Of a DNA stretch of 64,000 nucleotides, positions 1 through 10,178 are shown piece after piece. Origin of the DNA: Nitrospirales bacterium (GTDB lineage: Bacteria; Nitrospirota; Nitrospiria; Nitrospirales; UBA8639); contig OY820905.2 in NCBI GenBank assembly GCA_963555755.3, forward strand, positions 1,952,001 through 2,016,000. The letters run 5' to 3'. The position numbers and the translations under genes are program-made. Each line of letters begins with the position of its first letter. The first letter of the stretch is position 1. Under the pieces are notes generated by a model. The model ran no database searches. It saw only the letters and a list, made by a program, of their open reading frames with translations, and was not told the origin of the DNA.

Positions 1-704
1 ACAATGCCTTCCGCCGCGGCTTGTTCAAGGGCCAACCGAATGGGCCCGCCAGCCTGGGATTTCCAGGCGCCCGAGACTCCAAGTAAACGCGATGGCAAGA
101 CCACTAAGTCGGCAGCCGGGGCAATACGGTATTCACCATTCCCAATTTCATTCGGGGTTTCCATGGTCTGATCCTGAAACACGACCCGATGATTCAAGCC
201 ACTTGAATGGGGATCTGCTCGCATCAAGACACCGGGATTCGCCTTCCAGCCTGTATCCCCGGGCCGCCCAATGGCGACCATCACTCGTCCATCCTTAACT
301 CCTGCCCGCAGGGAATCCACCAACGACGGGGCAAACACCATATGGCAACCCAGGATAAGACACGACCCCGTAATTTCATTCGCTAAAGTTTCCCAGGTCT
401 GAGGATCACCAGGTGGAAACTCTCGCACAGGTAGCCAACGAATGGCGGCTTGGACCCGGTCATCCCCATGAATGAGGGACCGAAGATGCTGCTCTTCTTC
501 ACCCACCAACGCCAAAATCTGGGAAATCCCCGCTCGCTGCAACGTGAACACAGTTCGTTGAAATAGAGTCAACCCACTGATGCGGGTCAACGCATTCACC
601 TTGGTTCGATCGGTCGCCAGCGTTAAATCAAAGACGCCGGAAGAAGCCAACAGAATCGCAGTGTCCACGGTGCTGACTTCTGGTTTATTAAGCGTGCTAT
701 CCAT
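1..704 (-). CDS. 5' part of a nucleotidyltransferase-like / probable CDP-alcohol phosphatidyltransferase family protein (runs off window)
   Basis: Manual translation from ATG at 704: MDSTLNKPEVSTVDTAILLASSG...ISGLTLFQRTVFTLQRAGISQI..., open to the window edge. Overlaps the stop of the upstream cytidylyltransferase. The C-terminal domain is inferred from context only. Confidence 0.6.
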   Translation of the reverse strand, partial: MDSTLNKPEVSTVDTAILLASSGVFDLTLATDRTKVNALTRISGLTLFQRTVFTLQRAGISQILALVGEEEQHLRSLIHGDDRVQAAIRWLPVREFPPGDPQTWETLANEITGSCLILGCHMVFAPSLVDSLRAGVKDGRVMVAIGRPGDTGWKANPGVLMRADPHSSGLNHRVVFQDQTMETPNEIGNGEYRIAPAADLVVLPSRLLGVSGAWKSQAGGPIRLALEQAAAEGI

Positions 705-1452
705 TACGACTTAGATCCCTATCACGTTCAGGCAACTTCGGCAAGACGTCATTTTCCGCACGGACCACATCTTCGGGAAAATCTATCTCGATCCACGGCA
801 GCCCACCGATCTTTTCCACACCCACCGAAGTGGCTTGAAAAAAATCTTGCAGCGCATCTTCATATTCCATGTCCAGGAGACTTTGACTGATCCGGACCTC
901 CACCGATTTCAGTAAACTCGGGGCATCGTGCCGGCTGAGTTTCAAGAATCCCACACCCTCACCAGCTTCGTCATAGGTGTCCGGCATCTGCTTCGTGAGG
1001 GCAATAACACGGCCCTGCCGAACCACGACCATGCATTCTTCCGTGTCCTGCACAACGGTGTCATCCATCAGCAAGGCATTGGGATGGGATGAGGCTACGA
1101 GTCGTTCGAGTATAGACGGATGGAACAACACATCCGCATCCATAATCACCGTATCATTATCTAATAAGGCTTGCCGAGCCACCCACAACGAAACAATACT
1201 GCCTCGTTCATACTCCTCGTTCACCAAAAAATGGACAGGGATTGACCCCGACCATGAGGCCACGGCCTCTCGAATCAATTCCTGTTTATACCCAACAACG
1301 ATGGTGAGTTGCGAAACACCGACATGCTCCAAGGCTTCAAGATATCGAACAAGAAGGGTTGTTCCTCCAATCGGGATCAGGCATTTCGGATGATGCTGAG
1401 TTAAGGTATGAAGACGCCGCCCAACTCCTGCAGCAAGAATCACGGCTTTCAT
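697..1452 (-). CDS. phosphocholine/phosphonate cytidylyltransferase family NTP transferase (LicC/PntC-like)
   Basis: MKAVILAAGVGRRL...PKCL motif, DADVLF, WIEIDFPED. Confidence 0.85.
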   Translation of the reverse strand: MKAVILAAGVGRRLHTLTQHHPKCLIPIGGTTLLVRYLEALEHVGVSQLTIVVGYKQELIREAVASWSGSIPVHFLVNEEYERGSIVSLWVARQALLDNDTVIMDADVLFHPSILERLVASSHPNALLMDDTVVQDTEECMVVVRQGRVIALTKQMPDTYDEAGEGVGFLKLSRHDAPSLLKSVEVRISQSLLDMEYEDALQDFFQATSVGVEKIGGLPWIEIDFPEDVVRAENDVLPKLPERDRDLSRNG

Positions 1453-1488
1453 GCGTTAGGAGTCCTGGGCCACATGCTCATCCACACC

Positions 1489-2562
1489 TTAAACAATTTC
1501 TTTGAACGCGGTAACAAAGCCTTCAAAATCGGCTTGCGTGAGTGCGCCCATATTCGCCACCCGAAATATTTTGTCGCTCAAATGACCTTGTCCTGCATAA
1601 ATGACATACCCTCGCGCCTTTAACCGATCATGCAAGTCTTGATAGATCAGGCCTTCGGGCAAATAAAACGCCGTCAACGAATTCGATTGCCTCTCAGAAG
1701 GCAAGACCGCCTTGATCCCAAGCGCGCCGAGCCCCTCACGTATCAACGCGGCAGAGCGGGCATACCGTTGAATACGATTTTGCACCCCCTCTTCCAACAA
1801 TTCCTTCAGGGCTTCATCAAGGGCCGCATACACTTGAATGGCTGGAGTAAACGGAACGCTGCCCTGTTCCTGCGCTTCAAAATAGCGGGAAAGATTGAGA
1901 TACATGGAACGCTTGGGATACTTCGCAATTCGCTCGATAAATCCCGTCCGGATCAGAACGAACGATGCTCCCGGAAACCCTTGGATGCATTTTCCTGCCG
2001 TCCCAGCCACGACATACATATGGGACCCTGCAATATCGAGGGACTCTCCGCCCAAACCACTAACCGAATCCACCACACAGACCCGGTTCATATCATCCAC
2101 CATCTTCGCGATTTCATTGACCGGATTGATTAACCCCACCGTGGTCTCATGATGCACAATCGCCACCGTTTGGACTTCCCTGTGAAGCTTGAGGACAGTA
2201 CGGATTTTTTCCAGATCAGGGACGGTATCCCAATCCAATTTTATCTCAGGGATCCCGAGCCGCTGACTGGTAACAATGTCGGAAATGCGTTGCCCATACA
2301 TGCCATTATTGATGGTCAACACACGTTTTGCCATTGGCAAACAAGAGAGCACTGCGGCTTCGACGGCGGCCGTTCCTGAGCCGGTCAGCAGGATCGCCGT
2401 ATACTCAGACTCAGCCCCTGGCACAAAGGCCTGAAGCAATTTCTGGCGAACATTCTGGATCAATTCCCCACATTCGGATTCTCGATGGCACATATCTGGA
2501 ATGGCGAGTGCCTTCCTCACCCGATCTGACACATTCACCGGTCCTGGGTTAAGTAGGATCAT
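1489..2562 (-). CDS. 2-aminoethylphosphonate:pyruvate aminotransferase-like class V PLP enzyme (PhnW/AepZ-like)
   Basis: LLNPGP, GSGTAAVEA, HHETT, DSVS, GKCIQGFPG, FTP, IYAGQG, FRVANMG motifs. Confidence 0.85.
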   Translation of the reverse strand: MILLNPGPVNVSDRVRKALAIPDMCHRESECGELIQNVRQKLLQAFVPGAESEYTAILLTGSGTAAVEAAVLSCLPMAKRVLTINNGMYGQRISDIVTSQRLGIPEIKLDWDTVPDLEKIRTVLKLHREVQTVAIVHHETTVGLINPVNEIAKMVDDMNRVCVVDSVSGLGGESLDIAGSHMYVVAGTAGKCIQGFPGASFVLIRTGFIERIAKYPKRSMYLNLSRYFEAQEQGSVPFTPAIQVYAALDEALKELLEEGVQNRIQRYARSAALIREGLGALGIKAVLPSERQSNSLTAFYLPEGLIYQDLHDRLKARGYVIYAGQGHLSDKIFRVANMGALTQADFEGFVTAFKEIV

Positions 2563-2669
2563 TGGTTACATCACTCCTCATTCTTCTTAGGATTAGAAAG
2601 CAGAAAGACGTGATCCGTAAAGCGTGATCCGCGAAGCGGAAAAACCTTCTTTTCGTTACGCATAACGCT

Positions 2670-3260
2670 TCACGCTTCACGGCTTTCAAGCGCTGCCCGA
2701 AACCGCTTCGTCAGATCGGCTGGTCCCACTGCGACCCGATCGGCATCTTCAATTTGCTCATTCACTTTGATCAGCAAGAAACTTGGGCCCTCTTGTTTCA
2801 ACATATCCTTGAATTCATATACAATATCTTCCCGTTCCCATACCCGCTCGATATTCACATAGCCCGCAGCCTTGGCCATTTGGTCCAATCGAACCATTCG
2901 AGAATACGTGGGTTGGTTGCCGGTCGTCCCATATACTTCGTTATCAAACACAACGTGGATCAGATTCTTCGGCTTTAATGCCCCGATCGTAGCAAGCGTA
3001 CCCAGGCCCATCAGCACATTGCCATCCCCGTCAAACACGATAACTTTTTTCTCCGGTTGTGCCAGCGCTAGACCCAAACCAATTGAAGCCGTGACTCCCA
3101 TTGATCCAATCATATAAAAATTTTGTGGCCGGTCGCGAATCTTTTGCGCTTCGCGGGATGGAAACCCATTGCAAATGATGACGGGTTGGTCAGTCACGAG
3201 CTCAAACAACGCCTGCATGGCTTGGGCTCGACTTTGCATCACACCTTCTTCCGGTCTCAT
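2670..3260 (-). CDS. phosphonopyruvate/sulfopyruvate decarboxylase beta subunit (ThDP-binding, ComE-like)
   Basis: NFYMIGSMG, DGDGNVLM, DNEVYGTTGNQ. Confidence 0.85.
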   Translation of the reverse strand: MRPEEGVMQSRAQAMQALFELVTDQPVIICNGFPSREAQKIRDRPQNFYMIGSMGVTASIGLGLALAQPEKKVIVFDGDGNVLMGLGTLATIGALKPKNLIHVVFDNEVYGTTGNQPTYSRMVRLDQMAKAAGYVNIERVWEREDIVYEFKDMLKQEGPSFLLIKVNEQIEDADRVAVGPADLTKRFRAALESREA

Positions 3261-3295
3261 TTCAGTGTATCCTTACTTACCCATGACGAATTTTT

Positions 3296-3415
3296 CCAGG
3301 TGGTCAAAAAAATCGTCCAGCAAGGCCGCAGGCAGTGAGAAGGCCGAGGCGTACCGCAGTACGTCGAGGCCTACGAACAACGAGAACGCAGCTGGCGGTC
3401 TTTTTGACCATCTGG
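3296..3415. repeat. MITE/REP-like element, family B
   Basis: TIR ccaggtggtcaaaaa/tttttgaccatctgg. Core CAGCAAGGCCGCAG...CGTAC..GTACG...GAGAACGC shared with the copies at 9104, 14086 and 30222. Confidence 0.8.
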
Positions 3416-3913
3416 CTAAGGTTGAACAGTTTTCACCACTCCCTTTTTCAGGAACAGCGCAACGGGAATACGCTGTTCCATAAAGGTTTTCGCGGTCCAC
3501 TGAAGATCATCGGCTATGGTGTGTTCGGAAAGAGTTCGGTGGGGAATCCGAATCGTGTCCATGAGTTGTGGCATGGTTTCCCCCATGACGAGATGCTCCG
3601 GATCATCTTTTCCTTCAAAGCCACGCCAGGCAATAACCATGACGCATGGAATGGTGTAAATCAGATTCAGCGACATCAACACATTCAAGGCATTCCCCAA
3701 CCCTGAATTTTGCATGAGCACGACCGGGATTTTTCCCCCAAGAAAGGCACCGGCAGCCATCGCCACGGCTTCATCTTCACGTACAGCCGGGGTATAAAGG
3801 CGCCGCTCCCCCAACACTTCGATAATTCCGCCGAGAATCGTGTCAGGAACACCGGTAAAAAAATCACACCCAATGCCTTCTAAGGCTTGAACAAATTCGT
3901 CACTCTCAATCAT
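3416..3913 (-). CDS. phosphonopyruvate/sulfopyruvate decarboxylase alpha subunit (ComD-like)
   Basis: FFTGVPD, REDEAVAMAAGA, LMQNSGLGN, WRG..DDPEH. Confidence 0.85.
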   Translation of the reverse strand: MIESDEFVQALEGIGCDFFTGVPDTILGGIIEVLGERRLYTPAVREDEAVAMAAGAFLGGKIPVVLMQNSGLGNALNVLMSLNLIYTIPCVMVIAWRGFEGKDDPEHLVMGETMPQLMDTIRIPHRTLSEHTIADDLQWTAKTFMEQRIPVALFLKKGVVKTVQP

Positions 3914-3982
3914 GCCGTCGGCAAGCCTCGCTGGAATGTTCCAAATGGGAATGTTGAAAAAACCGCCAGCCTTCGGAAAGAC

Positions 3983-5185
<1,203 letters not shown>

Positions 5186-5190
5186 CTTGC

Positions 5191-5196
5191 ATTATA
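5191..5196 (-). promoter_or_regulatory. -10 box TATAAT of the IS110 circle-junction promoter (paired -35 TTGACT at 4005-4000)
   Basis: Joining the right end to the left end over one CT gives TTGACT-ttaatcacggttgcttg(17 bp)-TATAAT. Confidence 0.85.
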
Positions 5197-5561
5197 CAAG
5201 GGCATGCTTTTTTGAACATTCCCTCCAGCTGATGATGACTGTCTCCTCTTGAGCATGTATTTGCCATGGGAGTGAAATATCCAACAGTCTCCAAATCGGA
5301 CTGATTTCATGAGATCAAAGGCCCCTTGGAAATGGAGTTCACAAAGGCAGAATAAAAAAAACGACCGGCACGCGGGTGATCCGGCCCCTCAACGAGAAGG
5401 ATTATAACGAACCGGTTCTCCGGTTCTCAAGAAAATGAGGAATGGCACTGAGAACTTGGAAAAATCAGGAGATTGCAGCCTCAACACACGCAGTGTACAC
5501 TCCCCACCGCAAGGCAACAGAGGCAATTGGCACGCGGAAATACACGAGGAGTGTTGAGCTC

Positions 5562-5963
5562 ATGAAAGGCAGGAAACCATCGGCGGGCGCCTACACCGAC
5601 GCCCATGCCCAAAGCGGAATTACCACGCCACTACCCGAGTTAGAAACATGGCCGAATCAATACGCTGGGTATGAAATTACCATCAAGATCCCGGAATACA
5701 CCGCGATATGTCCCAAGACCGAGCTCCCTGACTTTGGGATCATCACAATCCACTACATGCCTCACAAAACCTGCGTGGAACTCAAATCGTTAAAAGTCTA
5801 CATTCAGGCCTACCGCAACATTGGCATTTTTTACGAAAACGCCGTGAACCGCATCCTCCAAGACCTGGTCAAAGCCTGCAAACCCAAATGGGCAACTGTC
5901 ACCGGCATCTTTACCGCACGCGGCGGATTGAGTAGCACCATTCTGGCCAAGTATCCAAAATAG
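5562..5963 (+). CDS. queF: NADPH-dependent preQ0 reductase (type I QueF)
   Basis: EYTAICPKTELPDFG, VELKSLKVY, FYEN, RGG. Start placed at ATG 5562 after GAGGAG. Confidence 0.92.
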   Translation: MKGRKPSAGAYTDAHAQSGITTPLPELETWPNQYAGYEITIKIPEYTAICPKTELPDFGIITIHYMPHKTCVELKSLKVYIQAYRNIGIFYENAVNRILQDLVKACKPKWATVTGIFTARGGLSSTILAKYPK

Positions 5964-6088
5964 CCACACCTTTTCCTTCAGGCCAAAGCCTTTAGGCTGA
6001 TTCATATACCTCAACACGCTGCGAGACTGGAATCCAAGTGGATGTAATTATTTTAGCAGAAGAAAACTGAGGAGAAAGAGGAGACAGC

Positions 6089-7207
6089 CTAGTTATTTTG
6101 GTAAAAATCTCTAATCGTACTCACAACCAACTCCATCTGGGTTTCAGACAACTCAGGATAAATCGGCAAGGAGAGCACTTCGGTGGCCATGCGCTCGGAG
6201 ACAGGCAGGTCACCTTTTTGATAGCCCAAGGGTTGAAAGCATTCTTGAAGATGCAACGGAACCGGATAATACATTTTGTGTCCAATTCCCTGTTCTTTGA
6301 GATAGCCCATTAGCTGATCACGCTTTTTCGCTCGAATCGTGTATTGATTAAAAACATGGACGTTCCCTGGAACCGTTCGCGGCAATGTCACCCGATCGAG
6401 CAAGCCAGCCTCGGCAAACAGTCGTTCATAGTTCGTGGCGTTCTTGGCCCGTTTTTCATTCCATGTATTGAGGTGTTGAAGTTTCACCCGCAACACAGCA
6501 GCCTCCATCGCATCCAGCCGGCTATTGAGCCCAATGTGATCATGGTGGTAATCGGAACGGCTACCATGCACACGTAGAGCCAAGAGCAATTCCCTGAGCG
6601 CTTCATCGTTCGTGGCAATGAGTCCGCCATCGCCGACTCCGCCAAGATTTTTCGACGGAAAGAAACTGAAACACCCGGAATACCCCAGCGTCCCTGCCTT
6701 GTGACCATTCTGCGCCGCACCAATCGCTTGGCAGGCATCTTCGATGACCCTGACGCCATGCTGATTGGCCACATCCAAAATCTTTTCCATATCCGCGCAC
6801 TGTCCAAACAGATGTACCGGGATGATGGCTTTCGTCCGAGGGGTAATTTTCTTTTCGATCTGCTCGGGGTCAATGTTAAACGTGTCAGCCTGAATATCCA
6901 CAAACACGGGGGTTGCATGGATCCGCGACACGACACTGGCCGTAGAAAAGAAGGTAAAGGGAACCGTGATGACTTCATCACCCGGCTTCACGTCCAGGGC
7001 CATTAAGGAAAGCAACAGCGCATCACTCCCCGACGCTACGCCCACGGCATACCGACAACCCAGATACCGGGCGATATCCTCTTCAAAGTCGGCAACCCGT
7101 TGGCCCAGAATAAAACTCTGATCGTCACACACCCCTTCAATGGCCGAGAGTACTTCAGTACGGATTTCTTTGAACTGCACTTTTAAATCTAACAGAGGGA
7201 CCTTCAC
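6089..7207 (-). CDS. DegT/DnrJ/EryC1/StrS family aminotransferase
   Basis: VPLLDL, SGSDAL, PVHLFGQ, EDACQA, SFFPSKNLGGVGDGG, LSLPIYP. Confidence 0.93.
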   Translation of the reverse strand: MKVPLLDLKVQFKEIRTEVLSAIEGVCDDQSFILGQRVADFEEDIARYLGCRYAVGVASGSDALLLSLMALDVKPGDEVITVPFTFFSTASVVSRIHATPVFVDIQADTFNIDPEQIEKKITPRTKAIIPVHLFGQCADMEKILDVANQHGVRVIEDACQAIGAAQNGHKAGTLGYSGCFSFFPSKNLGGVGDGGLIATNDEALRELLLALRVHGSRSDYHHDHIGLNSRLDAMEAAVLRVKLQHLNTWNEKRAKNATNYERLFAEAGLLDRVTLPRTVPGNVHVFNQYTIRAKKRDQLMGYLKEQGIGHKMYYPVPLHLQECFQPLGYQKGDLPVSERMATEVLSLPIYPELSETQMELVVSTIRDFYQNN

Positions 7208-7450
7208 GGATGGTTCTGCTCCTGCTACGATGGGTAATTAACAATTTGTCAATGAATCAACGTATATAAGAATTCCAATTTTCGCGGGGCCTTCAAAAAA
7301 ACTGAGGGCATGGCATATCACAGCTTGTCAAAAAACGAAGAACATTGAATCACACCTGACGATTAGGAGCAAGTCACACCCAAAGTGTGCGACCACATTT
7401 CCTAAAAACCTATCAACTTGTCTAACCTCTATGGAGTATCAGACGATCGA

Positions 7451-7993
7451 ATGAAATATTGCAGTGACTGCGGAGCTTCTACATCCCTTAAAATTCCCCC
7501 TGGCGACACGTTGCCTCGACATGTCTGTCAGAACTGTGGGACCATTCACTACCAAAACCCGAAAATCGTCGCAGGCTGCATTCCGGAATGGCACGATCAA
7601 ATTTTGCTGTGCAAACGGGCCATCGAACCTCGACTCGGATTATGGACCTTTCCCGCGGGTTTTATGGAAAACGATGAAACAATCGAAGATGCCGCCATTC
7701 GTGAAACGAAAGAGGAAGCCCAAACAATCATAGAACTCGCTGGCCTGTATACGGTATTTAGCATTCCACATGTGAGCCAAGTGTATATGGTCTTTCGCGG
7801 GACAATGAAAGAAAATGAATTTGGAGCGGGTGAAGAAAGCCTGGAAGTCCGGCTTTTCAATCTCGATCAAATTCCATGGACGGAATTAGCCTTTCAGGTG
7901 ATTGAGGAAACCTTGAAACTCTATTGCCAAGATCGTGAAACAAAGCACTTTTCCATCCACGTTGGCACTATTCAACGCCCAAAAAATTCGTAA
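7451..7993 (+). CDS. NUDIX hydrolase with N-terminal Zn ribbon
   Basis: MKYCSDCG..CQNCG..YQNPK; Nudix box GFMENDETIEDAAIRETKEE. Confidence 0.9.
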   Translation: MKYCSDCGASTSLKIPPGDTLPRHVCQNCGTIHYQNPKIVAGCIPEWHDQILLCKRAIEPRLGLWTFPAGFMENDETIEDAAIRETKEEAQTIIELAGLYTVFSIPHVSQVYMVFRGTMKENEFGAGEESLEVRLFNLDQIPWTELAFQVIEETLKLYCQDRETKHFSIHVGTIQRPKNS

Positions 7994-8054
7994 TCCGTCG
8001 CTTGTTGCTCGCGTTTCGTTTTTTTTTTACAAGCAACGAGTGACATCCCGCACT

Positions 8055-8480
8055 TTACGAGGCCGCATAGACAATCACGGCATACCGTGCAGCCTTGCCA
8101 ATCCCAATCCAAAACAGGGCAGGGAGCCAGTGGATCCGCAACCATCCCCCAGCTAAGCAAAGAGGATCTCCCACAACCGGGACCCACGATAATATCAACA
8201 CCGGACTCCCCCATCGCCTTAACCATTCCATGGCCCGTTGATATTTTTGTTGGGAAACATTCGAGGAGGGATACCACCAATCCACGAACCGACCCACAGC
8301 CCAAGTGAACATCCCGCCTAAAGTATTTCCCGTCGTCGCCACAACCAGGAGTGTCCAGGGATCATCCTGACCTTGGTAGGCCAACGCGGCGAGCACCACT
8401 TCGGAGCCACCAGGGAGTAACGTTGAAGCTAAAAAGGCACTCAAGAAAAGAGCCCAGAGGGTGGGAATGTCAGCGGGCAT
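8055..8480 (-). CDS. YqaA family (DedA/SNARE-associated) membrane protein
   Basis: FLASTLLPGGSE, GNTLGG, LSWVPVVGDPL, GKAARY. Confidence 0.88.
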   Translation of the reverse strand: MPADIPTLWALFLSAFLASTLLPGGSEVVLAALAYQGQDDPWTLLVVATTGNTLGGMFTWAVGRFVDWWYPSSNVSQQKYQRAMEWLRRWGSPVLILSWVPVVGDPLCLAGGWLRIHWLPALFWIGIGKAARYAVIVYAAS

Positions 8481-8550
8481 ACAATGTGGTGAACATCAGG
8501 GCCAAGAAACCCGACAGCCACGTGTACAGTTCAAAGCCAATAACAGTCGG

Positions 8551-8772
8551 TTACCGCAGCTTTCTAATTCTGATAAATTTGTGGTGGGCATTAAATTGAA
8601 TCACGAATTCCCCATCAATCCCATCGTGCGTCAGAAACGGTCGCAACACTCTGGCAGGAAATTTGACCTTTCGCCCGTCAGCGGCACGAGTGACCACAGT
8701 ATCTGCCACCCCCTTATAATAGGCGAGATACTTATGTGATGAAATGGTAAGACTCACTCGAACTTCAGGCAT
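8551..8772 (-). CDS. DUF2835-like small protein
   Basis: YLAYYKG...DGRKVKFPARVLRPFLTHDGIDGEF. Confidence 0.75.
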   Translation of the reverse strand: MPEVRVSLTISSHKYLAYYKGVADTVVTRAADGRKVKFPARVLRPFLTHDGIDGEFVIQFNAHHKFIRIRKLR

Positions 8773-8890
8773 AGAAATACACCACCCGCATCGGTCACAA
8801 GGTTGATCTCACATGAGGCTAGCATGCCACTTCAACTATGTACATTCTAGCTGTGTTACCCACATACCTTGACATTGAATCATCCTAATT

Positions 8891-8973
8891 ATTTCGATCC
8901 CTTCCTTCTCATTTCAGCCCCCTCCTTGTTATTTCGACCTCCTCGTTGTCATTTCGACCGAAGGGAGAAATCT
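8891..8973 (+). repeat. decayed 20-bp tandem repeats ending in a REP-like half-palindrome (GTCATTTCGACCGAAGGGAGAAATCT)
   Basis: ATTTC-initiated units at 8891, 8911, 8931 and 8951; related palindrome at 12914-12986. Confidence 0.6.
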
Positions 8974-9024
8974 AGAAATCTGTAGTTCGGCAACGTGCAA
9001 CATTAACTCTCACAATTATTATGT

Positions 9025-9340
9025 GGGGTTTCGCCCCCACACGACGAGGCACTTTTGTTTCGGCAAAAGTGCCCAAAACCATTTCCGCCCGTGCGCGGCC
9101 TACAGAGAATGATCAAAACGTTCGTCAGCAAGGCCGCAGGCGCTTTGGCGCGCGCAGCGTACAGGTTTGTACGTGAGCAGGCAAAGGGCCGAGAACGCCG
9201 CTGACGGACGTTTTGAACATTCTCTTCCGGGTCCCTCCGCCTCCGCCCCGAATAAGAAGGCTCAGGAACTCGCTCCGCTCAAACAGCCTTCGCCAAAAAA
9301 GTCGATTCGGGGCTACAGCTACGCCGCGCCCAACGCGGGG
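9025..9340 (+). repeat. structured dispersed repeat, family D (interrupted by family B)
   Basis: GGGTTTCGCCCC..CGAGGCACTTTTGTTTCGGCAAAAGTGCCCAAAACC...AACTCGCTCCGCTCAAACAG; six copies in the window. Confidence 0.85.
9104..9225. repeat. MITE family B copy
   Basis: TIR agagaatgatcaaaacg/cgttttgaacattctct with the shared core. Confidence 0.8.
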
Positions 9341-9408
9341 AGCAGTAGATCATTTTATTCTGTCAAAACTCTCAATAGGAAAACTGCCCAGAAACCGCTC
9401 AAAACATT

Positions 9409-9714
9409 TCAAAACCCGGCCTCGGTGAGTGCAATTCGAGGAGCCCTTCGTAATCCTTTAATCTTTTCCTTCCGTGCTTGCCACAAGTCATAGCTTTGTT
9501 GCAGGGCCAACCAGGTCTCAGCCGATGGAGGAAAAACACGCTCCAGGCGAACAGCAACATCTGGAGTGACGGGAGCATGTCCATGACAGACGCGGGACAG
9601 CATCGCTCGACTAAGCCCTAATGCTTTCGCAGCTTCAGTAACTGTCCACCCGACCGATTTAATACAATCTTCCAAAATCGTTTCCCCGGGGTGCGGGGGA
9701 TTATGCATCCTCAT
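9409..9714 (-). CDS. higA: HigA family antitoxin
   Basis: MHNPPHPGE, HTH, WLALQQSYDLW. Confidence 0.9.
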   Translation of the reverse strand: MRMHNPPHPGETILEDCIKSVGWTVTEAAKALGLSRAMLSRVCHGHAPVTPDVAVRLERVFPPSAETWLALQQSYDLWQARKEKIKGLRRAPRIALTEAGF

Positions 9715-9726
9715 ATCTCAACTCCT

Positions 9727-10005
9727 TTAATGGTAGTCTTCATAATTCACCTTCCTGGCAGAACCATCCTCAAATTCAAACGTCACCCGGTAGTTCCCAG
9801 TGACCCATACCGCCCATGCGCCCTTTCGTTTCCCTGATAGTTCATGCAACTTCCAACCGGGCACCCTCATATCATCCAAGGTTCTCGCCAGAGATAATTG
9901 ATGCAAAATCCTTCTAATCTTAGGGACTTGCTCTGCGGGAAGACCTCGCGTTGAACCCCGATCAAATAGCCATTTCAACCCCCGATGCTTAAAATCTTCA
10001 ATCAT
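9727..10005 (-). CDS. higB: HigB (RelE/ParE family) toxin
   Basis: MIEDFKHRGLK...PGWKLHELSG...VTGNYRVTFEF...YEDYH; toxin-first gene order. Confidence 0.9.
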   Translation of the reverse strand: MIEDFKHRGLKWLFDRGSTRGLPAEQVPKIRRILHQLSLARTLDDMRVPGWKLHELSGKRKGAWAVWVTGNYRVTFEFEDGSARKVNYEDYH

Positions 10006-10012
10006 TTCTCAA

Positions 10013-10039
10013 TGTGTATCATTACTACACAGACGTCAA
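10013..10039 (-). promoter_or_regulatory. higBA promoter/operator
   Basis: TTGACG -35 box followed by the palindrome TGTGTA-N7-TACACA just upstream of the higB ATG. Confidence 0.55.
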
Positions 10040-10178
10040 GCGTTTTTTTTTGAGTTTTTCAATGAAGGGGAGCCGTGGAGAGAATATTTAAATGCAGGGT
10101 TTCGCCCCTGCAGACGAGGTCCTTTTGTTTCGGCAAAAGGACCCAAAACCATTTTCGCTCGTGCGCGGCCCTCCGGGT

